A DNA stretch of 37,254 bases. Origin: Selaginella moellendorffii. Its lineage: Eukaryota > Plantae > Lycopodiophyta. The translations under genes and the position numbers were made by a program. The DNA is taken from positions 1 to 37,254 of the forward strand of contig NW_003314354.1 of the NCBI RefSeq assembly GCF_000143415.4, read 5' to 3'. The notes under the pieces are model-generated. The model had not been told where the DNA came from, searched no databases, and worked only from the letters and a program-made list of their open reading frames with translations. This document shows positions 11,272-21,013 of this stretch, one piece after another (within the stretch, counting starts at the first letter, position 1; the number at the start of each line of letters is the position of its first letter).

Positions 11272-12386
11272 TTATACAGTGTTGTCTGATCGCTCGCTAC
11301 TAAATAGCTCCTGCTGCTTCTCTTCCTGGCTCACCTCTTCGTTGAGACTCTTCCAAAACCATCTCGAGAGCTGGGGATGGCTGGCGAGAGTGAGGACTGC
11401 CCTTTGAGCTTGGAGCACAGCCTGCCGTGTTGTCTCTGCCGCATTCGCCACCACTGGCTTGACTGCTTGCACTGGAACGGTCGCTCGCTCTTGTAGCATC
11501 GCTGGGAAGAGAAACCAAAGAGTTACAATCGAGCTTCGAGAGAGGATTTTCGTACCAAAGACTTGAGACGCTGCGACAGCTCCCATTCGACGAATTCCCA
11601 CCTCCGCAGCCTGGACTGCTCGAGCGGAGGTTCTAACACCATCGGATATCTCTTGACTGGGAGAGGTGAAAGAAAAAGAGCTGTAGTGAGTGAGTGAATG
11701 GAGAGTTTAGAGAGAGCTTGCCTCAGATCGTTAAGTTCTAGTGTGAGATCACTGATTTCCATGCTCGAGAGTCGGATTGCCGCCATCGTCCCGGGTAATT
11801 CTTCCCGTGCCATGTCCGAGAGCTTCTCCAGTGATACCGATGCTCGGTGAATTGCCTGAAAGGGCTATAGATCTTAGTACGAAGAAAAAAGAATCGTACT
11901 GGTACTACTGTAATTAGAGAATTTTTTTTAGTTTGCTTGCCTTCAAGGTTGGAATCGCTGCCACTAGCGCCGTAAGCAACGCTCCAACAGTCTAGAAATT
12001 TGGCTGCGATATTAGATAGATCGATCTCTGCGAATGGAACGAGAGATTCTCACCAGGCATGATAGGACGCCCAGCACCACGAAGAGCTGATCGGCAATCG
12101 AGAGCCTGTTGAATTGTCCCAGAAAATTCGAAGGCGCCAGCATCAAGGACGAAGACGACGACGCTAGGGAGGGCCTGGACAGAAGTGTGGTGGATTCGGG
12201 AAGAGAGGAGGATGAAATCCCGTCTAACGATGGAGAGGAGGCCCGCGACTTGAGAAATCTGATCGATACTCCCCCGGAATTGCTACTGGCAACGAGAAGG
12301 CTCACCCGGCTGCCGGGATTTCGGAGCTGGATCGAAAATGCAGGGAATGCCGGCGCCGCTGGAGGCCTGTGGAGGAGAGGCGCCAT
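11272..12386 (-). CDS. Plastid-targeted membrane protein of a conserved plant/cyanobacterial unknown-function family (At1g08530/At5g09995-like), 5 exons
   Basis: Ser-rich transit peptide, hydrophobic segment, then AAIPTLKA..SLEKL.D.AREELPGTMAAIRLSSMEISDLTLEL.DLSQEISDGVR. Exons 12386-12054, 11991-11941, 11855-11722, 11656-11556, 11501-11272. Confidence 0.8.
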
Positions 12387-12578
12387 GATCTCAAGCTCAC
12401 GGAAGAGAGAAAGAGAGAGAGCGCGAGCGCTATTGGCTCATGGAATGGATCGATCCTTCGTGCGTGTTCCAAAGCCCTGACCTAAAGAAAGAAAGAGACT
12501 TGTGCTTAGCGCGTACTTCCATTCTCATGGCTCCAAATAAGCCACGCTCACTACCAGGGCTTAGCTAGGGTTTTACAA

Positions 12579-13881
12579 ATGGGGACGCTCGTTGCGACGA
12601 TCGTCGCTCCATCTGCTCTCGCGCCTCGCGCCACCGCTTCCAAGATCTGCTGTTGCGCTGGGAGCGTGGATTCGAGCAATGCAGCCTGTTTGAGGAGCGA
12701 CTCTAGCGTGGATTCGCGGAGCGGGGGCGGGGATTTGCGATTCCGGACCGCATTTCTTCCCAGCATCAGCGTAAAGAAGAATATTTCGGTGAGAAGGCAA
12801 AGATCAAGAGCTAGGCTGGGTGTTCGTGCTATTGCATTGAAGCAGTTAGAGCTAGGAGCTCCACCACCAGATTTTGAGGTACCGGGAACAAACGAAAATC
12901 CTTCCTGATCTTTGTGAATTGTTCTTTAGCTTGGAGAGCCCGCGACTGGCAAGGAGTGGTGCCTCAAAGATTTCCAGCAGTATCCAGCTCTTTTGGTAAA
13001 GCTTTTGTGGCTTGTTCTTTCGCGTGACAATCTTTCGTGCTTTACAGGTGATGTTTATTTCGTATCGCTGCCCATTTGTAGTGTTTTTGAGGTCTGCTCT
13101 CATCCAGCTAGTGGAAGAGTATATGGAGGTATGTTTGGAACTTCTACCGTGGTTCTCATAGTGGAAAAATCTGCGCAGAAAGGTCTCGGGGTCGTGGCTA
13201 TATCGCCGAATTCTGTCGTAGTTTTTCCAGAGGTAAGAAACTTTTTTGAGTCCTCTTTCTTCATGTCTTTGGCTCCTTCGTCATTTTAGGACGGACCGGC
13301 TGAGATGCAAGAGGAAGTCGAGAAGTATGGCTACAAGTTCCCCTATCTCTACGACGAGGTTGGCTGCTAGTTCTTTGTTGATTAGAGCTGTGTTTTCTTT
13401 TTGGTTCCAGACTCAAGAGGTTACTCAAGCGTACGCACCACTTGGCACTCCCGATTTTTTTGTTTTCAGAAAGGTAGAGTCAAGCAAATGCTATACGTCT
13501 GATCGTTGCTTGCATCACCAGAACGAGGAGCAAAAGTTTGAACTCGCGTATCACGGCCAGTTTGACGACGCAAGGGACCACAACCCAAACAAAATTCCCA
13601 TCACTGGAAGGTACTAAAAATCAAAGGTAACGAGAAATCTTAACGCTCGTTCTGGCACAGGGATTTGAGATTAGCACTAGATGCGGTTCTCACGGGTAAA
13701 CCGGTCGATCCACACCAAAAGCATAGGTAGCGTCAGCGTCTGGACTTGGATCTTTCATCCATTTCTCTTTTTGTTGTGCAGTATGGGCTGTGCCATTCAA
13801 TGGCATCCACATCTCATCCCAAAACTCTATCCAAAGCCCAAGTTGGAGAAAGACGACACCAATCTTCTTTGGCATGCCTGA
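12579..13881 (+). CDS. Thioredoxin-fold AhpC/TSA-like redoxin, paralog A (SYRC variant), plastid-type transit peptide
   Basis: Nine exons splice to APPPDFELGEPATGKEW..ALLVMFISYRCPFV..KGLGVVAISPN..DGP..FPYLYDETQEV..TPDFF..ELAYHGQFDD..DLRLALD..SMGCAIQWHP. Confidence 0.88.
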
Positions 13882-13972
13882 TAAGATCACAACAGCGATG
13901 CAGAGAGGTAGTTTGCATTGACGATACCTTTTTGACAATATCAGTGAATTGCAGGCAGAAACTTCCAACTTT

Positions 13973-15135
13973 TTATGGTTCCGGGTGCCATTTGATACTA
14001 CATCCCATGCTGAAACAGGTACGAGTGAGACGAGAGAAAAAGGAAAAAAATGAGAGAACGAACCTGGGTTTTTGCAAGGGACTCACGGGTCTTCCTGAAA
14101 GCACACAGTCGATAGCCATGCTCAAATCTCTGCATTAACATGAGTGTCACAGTGAAAACAATCGACTGATAGTCATTGCAAACCTTCCAGTGACTGGCCT
14201 CCCATTGTTGGGACGAGAATCATCGAACTGGCCGTGATAAGCTAATTCGAATGGCCTCCTTCCATCCTGAATGTGCCACTAGAGTGTGTAGGAAAACATC
14301 TTTTTCTCTCTTTGAGCTAAGAAATACCTTCTTGAACAGGAAGAACTCTGGCGTGCATACTGCTCCAAACGCCCGTGCAGCCTCTTGTGTCTGGAAGGAA
14401 GATCACGATCACCACTTTGGAAAGTTAAGGAAGGAATGTGATGCTCACTTCGTCGTAGAGGTATGGGAACTCGTATCCAAGCTTCTTCGCTTCCTCTGCC
14501 ATCGCCGCTGGGCCGTCCTGCGAGCTCGCAAAACTCGATTCATCGATCCAAGCAAGTATCGCAGACTGTAAACACCTGAGGATGTGTTCTCACTGAATTG
14601 GAAGAGATGCCAACAACACTGAGGCCTTTCTGTTCCATGCAAGAGAGTAAGAAAAAAAAAAGTCTTTGGACTGAGGAGAAAGAAACGAAGAAATGTTTTT
14701 CATACGTACTCTCATGTACTCGTTGGTTAGCGTCACGATCCCTGGCTTGAGATGGATGACGAATGGGCAATGGTTGCAAATAAACATGACCTGGATGGAG
14801 AAGGATAAGGGAGCAAAAGATTCTTCCAAAATTCTTTTAGCTATGGTGGTGCTATATACCAGTAATCCGGGAGCTCCTTCAAACTCGTCAAGCGACCATT
14901 GTTTGGCAGTCAGAGGCTCAACCAGCTGAGAAAGAAAGGCCTGTTTAGCACAGAGATAGAAAGAAGTATTTACCTGGAAATCTGGAATGCGAGAAGCCAG
15001 CTGCAATTTCTTGGCCTCCGTGCGCGCGGCTCTCACAACAATCCTCGGCGCCGTGAGAAATCTACCGCTCTTCGTAGGAGAGAATGCGCCGATCGAGCCC
15101 TTGAAGCTGGAAAACGTGGAAAACCTCGCGGCCAT
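13973..15135 (-). CDS. Thioredoxin-fold AhpC/TSA-like redoxin, paralog B (canonical CNHC; At1g21350-like)
   Basis: Splices to IPDFQLVEPLT..GLLVMFICNHCPFV..DGP..FPYLYDETQEAARAFGAVCTPEFF..YHGQFDDSRP..SMGCSIKWHPEP*. ATG at 15135. Confidence 0.92.
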
Positions 15136-15337
15136 AGAAACTGAGGAGCTGCAATGGCTCAATCACTACCTCAAATAAGTTTTTACAAAACTCTGTTCTT
15201 GTCTCAGTGTAATACTTAGGTTTGGCATTCTTACACAATTATTCTGATAAAATAATACACAAAGATTTTAACTATCGTTCACTTCCCATTTTGGCAATGT
15301 TTGAGTCCTGACTGAGGGAAATAAAATGTGCATTCGC

Positions 15338-15422
15338 TGGGGTGAGAGAGGCTCGAACTCTCGACCTCAGGATCACTCAAGAGCTATGAGACCTACGCGC
15401 TGACCAACTGCGCCACCACCCC
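15338..15422 (-). tRNA. Elongator tRNA-Met(CAT) with 11-nt intron, copy 1
   Basis: GGGGTGGTGGCGCAGTTGGTCAGCGCGTAGGTCTCATA-gctcttgagtg-ATCCTGAGGTCGAGAGTTCGAGCCTCTCTCACCCCA, the typical plant tRNA-Met-e. Confidence 0.97.
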
Positions 15423-15781
15423 TGTTATATCTTACCATATAACAGGTTCCACCAACTTCATAATATATATCCTTTGCAACCAAATCCCAGCTTTGGAATT
15501 AAGTTTGGAAGCAAAAGAGAATCAGGATGGTTTCCGGTGTATATTAGTTTTTTTTTCTTGGTTTGTATTTCTTCATATTTTCTGCTTCAAGCTTGCTGCT
15601 GCCTGATTGAGCGATCCAATCATTCTTTGCGGCTGTCAAAGAAGACAATTATAATTGAGAATGTATCATCGAAAGATTCCAATTCGCTCAATTTTAATTA
15701 TTTTTAGTTTTTTCTTGCTTGACTTCTGCCTTTCTTCTAGAATTCTCTGGTTTAAAAAAAAAACAGAAGACTTTTTTAGAA

Positions 15782-16380
15782 ATGGTGTTCTTGTCAGCTG
15801 TGATTCTCTTCTTCTTTTGTTTGTTGTCATCTTCTCACAAAGTATGGTTCCACCACAGTCAAGGAGAACAGCTTCCTCCCATTGCTCATGACTGACAGGG
15901 CTCCCACTATTGACATCCAAGGATATGACGACCGTCGCGGCATTGACACATCCTTCTTACTTCTCAGTGGTGATGTTCACCTGGTTGGACATGATTGGAT
16001 TCCAACTCTATGAGTCCTACATTACCTACTGGGTAGCAAACACTCCAGCAGGCAGCTTTGGTAAGAAGAACCAAGTTCCATTTGATTTTGCAAGCCTTTT
16101 TGCTTGGAATTTTAAGTTTGATTGATTTGTCTTTGCAGGACCTGGGAAGGGCAAAGCTGTCTTGCCTTACATGTCTCCTTTAGCCACCAACAAGTTTTTG
16201 CAATTCAGTGCAAAGAACAACTCGTACTCTTTTGCGCTTGTTCCACAGGGAAGTAACTTGGTCGGGCCGATCGTGGACAACCGTAGAAGCCCTGCACTGG
16301 CAAAGGCCCCCCAGCATTACAACTGCACTGGAGACTTTATCGAGATCATCGACTTCACCACCTCGACCTCTCAAAGCTAA
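15782..16380 (+). pseudogene. Divergent PEBP-family (FT/TFL1/MFT-like) gene with signal peptide, frameshifted
   Basis: MVFLSAVILFFFCLLSS / YGSTTVKENSFLPLLMTDRAPTIDIQGYD / YFSVVMF..YITYWVANTPAGSFG, intron 16061-16138, then AVLPYMSP..NSYSFALVPQ. Two frameshifts in exon 1. Confidence 0.55.
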
Positions 16381-16419
16381 ATAGTTAATTATTAATAATA
16401 TAAGAAATCTGTTTTTCCG

Positions 16420-16660
16420 AAGGAGCTTCAAGATACATCAAGAGCTTAAGGGCGTGCTCAACATGCCTGGAGCTGGCACAACATGAGTTCCAGGAAATGA
16501 CAGACACACTAGCAGAGTCTTAGTGAGTTCCAGGACACCCAACGTGTTAATAACCTTGAGCATGAGATCCACCATTCTAACATGGATAAGTTTTTTGAGC
16601 GTGAGATCCGCCCAGTGATTCCATTTCTCTCTATCTCAACCATACTCCCACAACTTACGA
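16420..16660 (-). pseudogene. Degenerate PPR fragment
   Basis: Minus strand gives CGSMVEI, VSWNSL and VISWNS..HVEHALKL, with stops and frameshifts. Confidence 0.5.
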
Positions 16661-16850
16661 TCACTATTCTTTTTGGTGTTGTCAGCTTGTCTTGATCCGA
16701 TGAGGACAAAGCTGACAGGAAAAAACCATGAAAAGGAAGAGAAGGTGTCTTAACATAGATAAAGATTTTAAAAAATTATACAGAATGATAATAAAATCAA
16801 ATTTGTTAGAACAAAAAATATTGAGAAAATAATAAACAAAAATAATGTAG

Positions 16851-16923
16851 TCCGTTGTAGTCTAGTCGGTCAGGATACTCGGCTCTCACCCGAGAGACCC
16901 GGGTTCAATTCCCGGCAACGGAA
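16851..16923 (+). tRNA. tRNA-Glu(CTC)
   Basis: Acceptor stem TCCGTTG/CAACGGA; anticodon arm CTCGG-CT-CTC-AC-CCGAG; T-loop GGTTCAATTCC. Confidence 0.97.
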
Positions 16924-16988
16924 GATGATTTCGTGAGCTTCTACGTTAAATTTATCGTTTCATGATCTTGAAAAACAGAACCGAAAGC

Positions 16989-17073
16989 TGGGGTGAGAGA
17001 GGCTCGAACTCTCGACCTCAGGATCACTCAAGGGCTATGAGACCTACGCGCTGACCAACTGCGCCACCACCCC
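16989..17073 (-). tRNA. Elongator tRNA-Met(CAT) with 11-nt intron, copy 2
   Basis: Identical to copy 1 except one intron base (gcccttgagtg). Confidence 0.97.
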
Positions 17074-17107
17074 TGTTATATCTTATCCACCAACTTTATA
17101 ATATTCG

Positions 17108-19023
17108 TTAATTTTTACTATCGTACTCCATGTTTCGCCTTCCCATCTCTATGACTCGAGCTTGCTCCTCCCACATCCCGGCAAATCCATAGATATTGGA
17201 CATGAGCACATACGCAGCAGCGTGCTTGCGATCCATCGCCACCACCGCATCAAACGCCACCCTCGCCGCCTCCACATCCTTCCACTTGTGACACGCCCCG
17301 AGGATCGTCGTCCAAGTCACCAGGGTCGCCTCAAACGGCATCTCTCTCGCCATAGCCACCGCTTCTTCCAGATGGTTGGCTCGTCCCAGAAGATCCACCA
17401 TGCAGTTGTAGTGATCCAGCCCCGGCCGGATCCCAAACACCCGAGCCATCTCCTCGAAGCACTCCTTCCCCCTGTCCACCATCCCGGCGTGGCTGCAAGC
17501 CGTGAGAATCGTCCGGAAAGTTATCTCGTCCGGTCGGATCCCCGGCTGCTCCCTCCGCATCCTCTCGAACAGCTCTAGAACTCGTCCAACGTTGCCTTGG
17601 AAGCTATACCCGGCCATGAGAGCGCTCCACGAGACCAAGTTCTTCGGGGAGATGGTCTGGAACACCTCCTCCGCCTCGCCCATGCTCCCAACCTGGCCGA
17701 AGAAATCCACCAGCGCGTTGGCCACGAACACGTCCCCCTGGAGACCCGCGCTGGAGATATCAGCCTGGATTCTTCTCCCTCTCTCCAGCGCACCCAAGCT
17801 CCCGCAGGCCTTGAGCGCAGCGACGTAAGTGAAGGCGTCCGGGACGCAGGAGCGCTGCTTCATCCGGGCGTAGAACTGGAGCGCGAGCTCGCATTCCCCA
17901 GTCTGAGCGTAGCCGAGGATCACCGCCGTCCAGGACACCACGCTGGGCTCCTCCATCCTCCCAAAGACACTGCGAGCTTCGGCCATGCAGCCACACTTTG
18001 CGTACATGTCCACCAGCGTTGTCGCTACGAACAAGTCCGACTCGTCCCCTCCCTGAGAAGCCTGCCTGTGGATCCTTCTCCCGGTCTCAAAACTCCCGGC
18101 CTTGACGAGCTTCCCGTCTAGCCCCGGGGCTTCCGCCTCTGCCTCTGCCAAGCTCGAGCAAGCCTTGAGAGCCGCAACGTAAGTCACCGAGTCTGGAACA
18201 CAGCCCTCCATCTTCATCCTCTCGAAGAGCTCTAGGGCCAGGCTTCCATCCCCGGCGAGAGCATAGCCGAGAATGATGCAGTTCCATGACACCGAGTCCC
18301 GCCGTTCCATCTTCTCGAAAATCCCGCGAGCTTCCACCATGGCACCACACTTGGTGTACATATCCATCAGGCTCGTTGCCACCGCCACCTCGAGATCGTC
18401 TTGGCTCCTGGCAGCTTGCTCGTGGATCAAAATGCCTCGGTCCAGGCATCTGGATCTCACGGAAAGATCTCCCTTTTCCGCCAGGCTAGCGCAGGCCTTC
18501 AAAGCCGCTAGAAGCGTGACGCGGTTTGGAGAGACGCCTTCTTCCTCCATTGCCGCGTAGAGCTCGAGAGCAAACTCCCCATCTCCGCTCTGCGCATAGC
18601 CAAGGATGATACAATTCCAAGAGACAACGCTGTGGAAATCCATACCTCGAAACACCGCCAGAGCCTCCGGCATGCTGCCACACTTTGCGTACATATCCAC
18701 CAGCGTGTTGGCCACGACCACGTTTGCGTTGTCGCCACTGGCTACCAGATCGCTGTGGATCTTCCTGCCGCTGCCAAGGTCCCTGGAATTCTTGCAGATT
18801 TTCAATGCCGCGAGCACGAGTCCGATGCTGAACGATCGCATTCCTTGTTGCACCATTGCATTGTATCTCCGGAGGATTTCCCTGTCTGACGCAGCGAAGA
18901 GATCCTTGCGCGGAGCTCTGGCGCGGCTGTGCAACACACGAGCTATAAGCGGAGGATGGAAACAAAGGGAGACTTACATGGGATTGGAGAGCGTCGCGCC
19001 CAGCGCCATGGCCACGCTTCCAT
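17108..19023 (-). CDS. PLS-class PPR protein with E domain, no DYW (RNA-editing factor type)
   Basis: Repeated VSWN.IILGYA / MYAKCG / PD..T...ALKAC units; HYNCMVDLLGRAN; TWTTILGACHKW..AYVLMSNIY. Probable short first exon 19023-18978; alternative ATG at 18856. Confidence 0.92.
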
Positions 19024-19104
19024 TCGATGACTAGGTCTAAGAGCCCTAAAGTGCGTTGGCGCTAAAACACAATTTAAATTTCTGCTGATTGCGATGGGTG
19101 ATCG

Positions 19105-20937
19105 ATGCTCCACTGTCGCAGCGGAGGCGTATGGATCATCCCCAAGTTTCTCATCCGTGGAATCCAGTTCTCGGCACAAAATGCAAGAATTTCCCAGGAC
19201 ACCGTCACGGCGGAGCTGCAAGCTTGCGCCGAGGCCAAGAACCTGCGAGAGGGGCGACGAATCCATGCCCAGATCGCGCAGAGCCCCCATCTCTCCGCCA
19301 ACAATTTCGTGATGAATCAGGTGATGCGGATGTATGGCAAGTGCGGCAGCCCCGAGGAAGCGCGCGGGGTTTTCGATTCGCTCGCTTGCCCCAACCGGTA
19401 TTCGTGGAACATCCTCATCGCGGCATTTGCCCAGAACGGGCATTTGGAGGACGCCAAGCAAATGTTCGACCGCTGCCCTAACAAGGGCGTGGTTACGTGG
19501 AATGCCCTCTTCCAGGCATATGCTCAGAAAGGGCAGTTTCTGCAAGCCAAGAATACATTCGATTCCATGTCAGAGAGGGACGCCATCTCCTGGAACTCGA
19601 TCCTCGCCGTGGCCTCGCACCACAATCGCGTAGAGTATGCCAAAAAGATCTTCGATTCAATGCCGGCACTGAGCGTGCGGGCGTGGAACACGATCTGCCA
19701 AGCATTTGCCTTAGCGCGGGAATTGCCGGATGCCAAAGAGGCGTTTGATTCAATGCCCGAGAGAGATGTGATCGCGTGGACGACGATGCTCAATGCGTTC
19801 GCTGAGGAATCGGAGGTGACATGGGTTAGGTTTTTGTTCGACCGAATGCCGGCGTGGGACACTCCCGCTTGGAACGCGCTCGCGCAGGCATATGCCCTAG
19901 CCGGTGACGCCGCGGGTGCCAAGCGCGTGTTCGATTCCACGCCCCAGCGCGACGTGGTGACGTGGACGGGGCTGCTCAACGCCGTCGCACAGGGCGGGAA
20001 TGTCCAGCAGATTGAGTTCCTGTTTGAGAGAATTCCATTCCGGAATGTGGTGACGTGGAATATCCTTGTTCAGGCATATGCCCACTCTGGGTATCTGGAG
20101 AAAGCCCGTGCTACCTTTAACGCGATGCCTACCAGCAACATTTCCTGGAATCTCATGCTAAACGCTTATTCTGATAGCGGCCACGCTAGCGAAGCCAAGG
20201 AGCTGTTTGATAGGATCCCTGACCGGGACGATGTGTCGTGGACGGCGATGCTAACTGCATATGCCCAGAATGGGCATCTGGACGAGGCTCAAGGGATTTT
20301 TGACACGATGCCTCGCCGGAATGTCGTGGCTTGGACGGCCATGATCACGGCGTATGCGCAGGGCGCTCGTGTGGATATATTCGAGGGAATCTTCCGGCGT
20401 ATATCCCAGAGGACCATCTTCTCTTGGAACTCTATGGTGGCGGCATATGCCCAGAACGGGCACCCAGTGGAGGCGGTGATGGTGTTTAGGGCCATGGCGC
20501 TCGAGGGCATCGCGCCAGATCTCATTGGCTTCTCCACTGCGCTGACGGCGTGTAGCCATGGCGGATTGCTTGCCACAGGCTGGGAAATCTTCGTGTCGAT
20601 GCACTGTGATTACGGATTGAAGCCCGGGAAGGATCACTACCGGTGTATGATCGACATTCTTGGTAGATCGGGGAGGATAATCGACGCGGAGGAGCTGATT
20701 CATAGCATGCCCTTCCCCCCCGACGAGATCGCGTGGGCGAGCTTGCTCTCTTCTTGCAAGATCCATCGCAATGCCGCAGCTGGGGCTCGTGCGGCGGCGG
20801 CAGCGCTTCGATTTGATGCCAGGGAGCCGGCCACATTCGTGCTGATGCAGGATCTCTACGCCGCCGCGAGCATCAAGAAAGAAATCGCGGATCCCTGGAT
20901 CGGGGAGATTAATGGGGAGTTGGAAGAATATGGATGA
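19105..20937 (+). CDS. PLS-class PPR protein with a long run of ~31-aa S-type repeats and E domain
   Basis: 610-aa ORF with consecutive W.....AYA..G....A...FD.MP.R repeats, HYRCMIDILGRSG, AWASLLSSCKIH and TFVLMQDLY. Confidence 0.93.
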   Translation: MLHCRSGGVWIIPKFLIRGIQFSAQNARISQDTVTAELQACAEAKNLREGRRIHAQIAQSPHLSANNFVMNQVMRMYGKCGSPEEARGVFDSLACPNRYSWNILIAAFAQNGHLEDAKQMFDRCPNKGVVTWNALFQAYAQKGQFLQAKNTFDSMSERDAISWNSILAVASHHNRVEYAKKIFDSMPALSVRAWNTICQAFALARELPDAKEAFDSMPERDVIAWTTMLNAFAEESEVTWVRFLFDRMPAWDTPAWNALAQAYALAGDAAGAKRVFDSTPQRDVVTWTGLLNAVAQGGNVQQIEFLFERIPFRNVVTWNILVQAYAHSGYLEKARATFNAMPTSNISWNLMLNAYSDSGHASEAKELFDRIPDRDDVSWTAMLTAYAQNGHLDEAQGIFDTMPRRNVVAWTAMITAYAQGARVDIFEGIFRRISQRTIFSWNSMVAAYAQNGHPVEAVMVFRAMALEGIAPDLIGFSTALTACSHGGLLATGWEIFVSMHCDYGLKPGKDHYRCMIDILGRSGRIIDAEELIHSMPFPPDEIAWASLLSSCKIHRNAAAGARAAAAALRFDAREPATFVLMQDLYAAASIKKEIADPWIGEINGELEEYG

Positions 20938-21013
20938 AGAAGCTCCTCGCGCCAAAATTTCAAACAAAAGTAGCTGTGTTCTAGGGTTCTTCTTCCTAGG
21001 GTTTTTTGGCGCG

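Noticed and set aside
15230-15337. Possible tRNA-Met/snoRNA dicistron as known from rice
   Set aside because: No C/D boxes seen; a T4 terminator follows the tRNA closely.
15842-15898. Apparent GT-AG intron after the PEBP-like signal peptide
   Set aside because: Phases do not match, and the segment itself encodes PEBP-like sequence.
17162-20836. Many overlapping antisense and alternative-frame ORFs
   Set aside because: Shadows of GC-rich PPR coding sequence.
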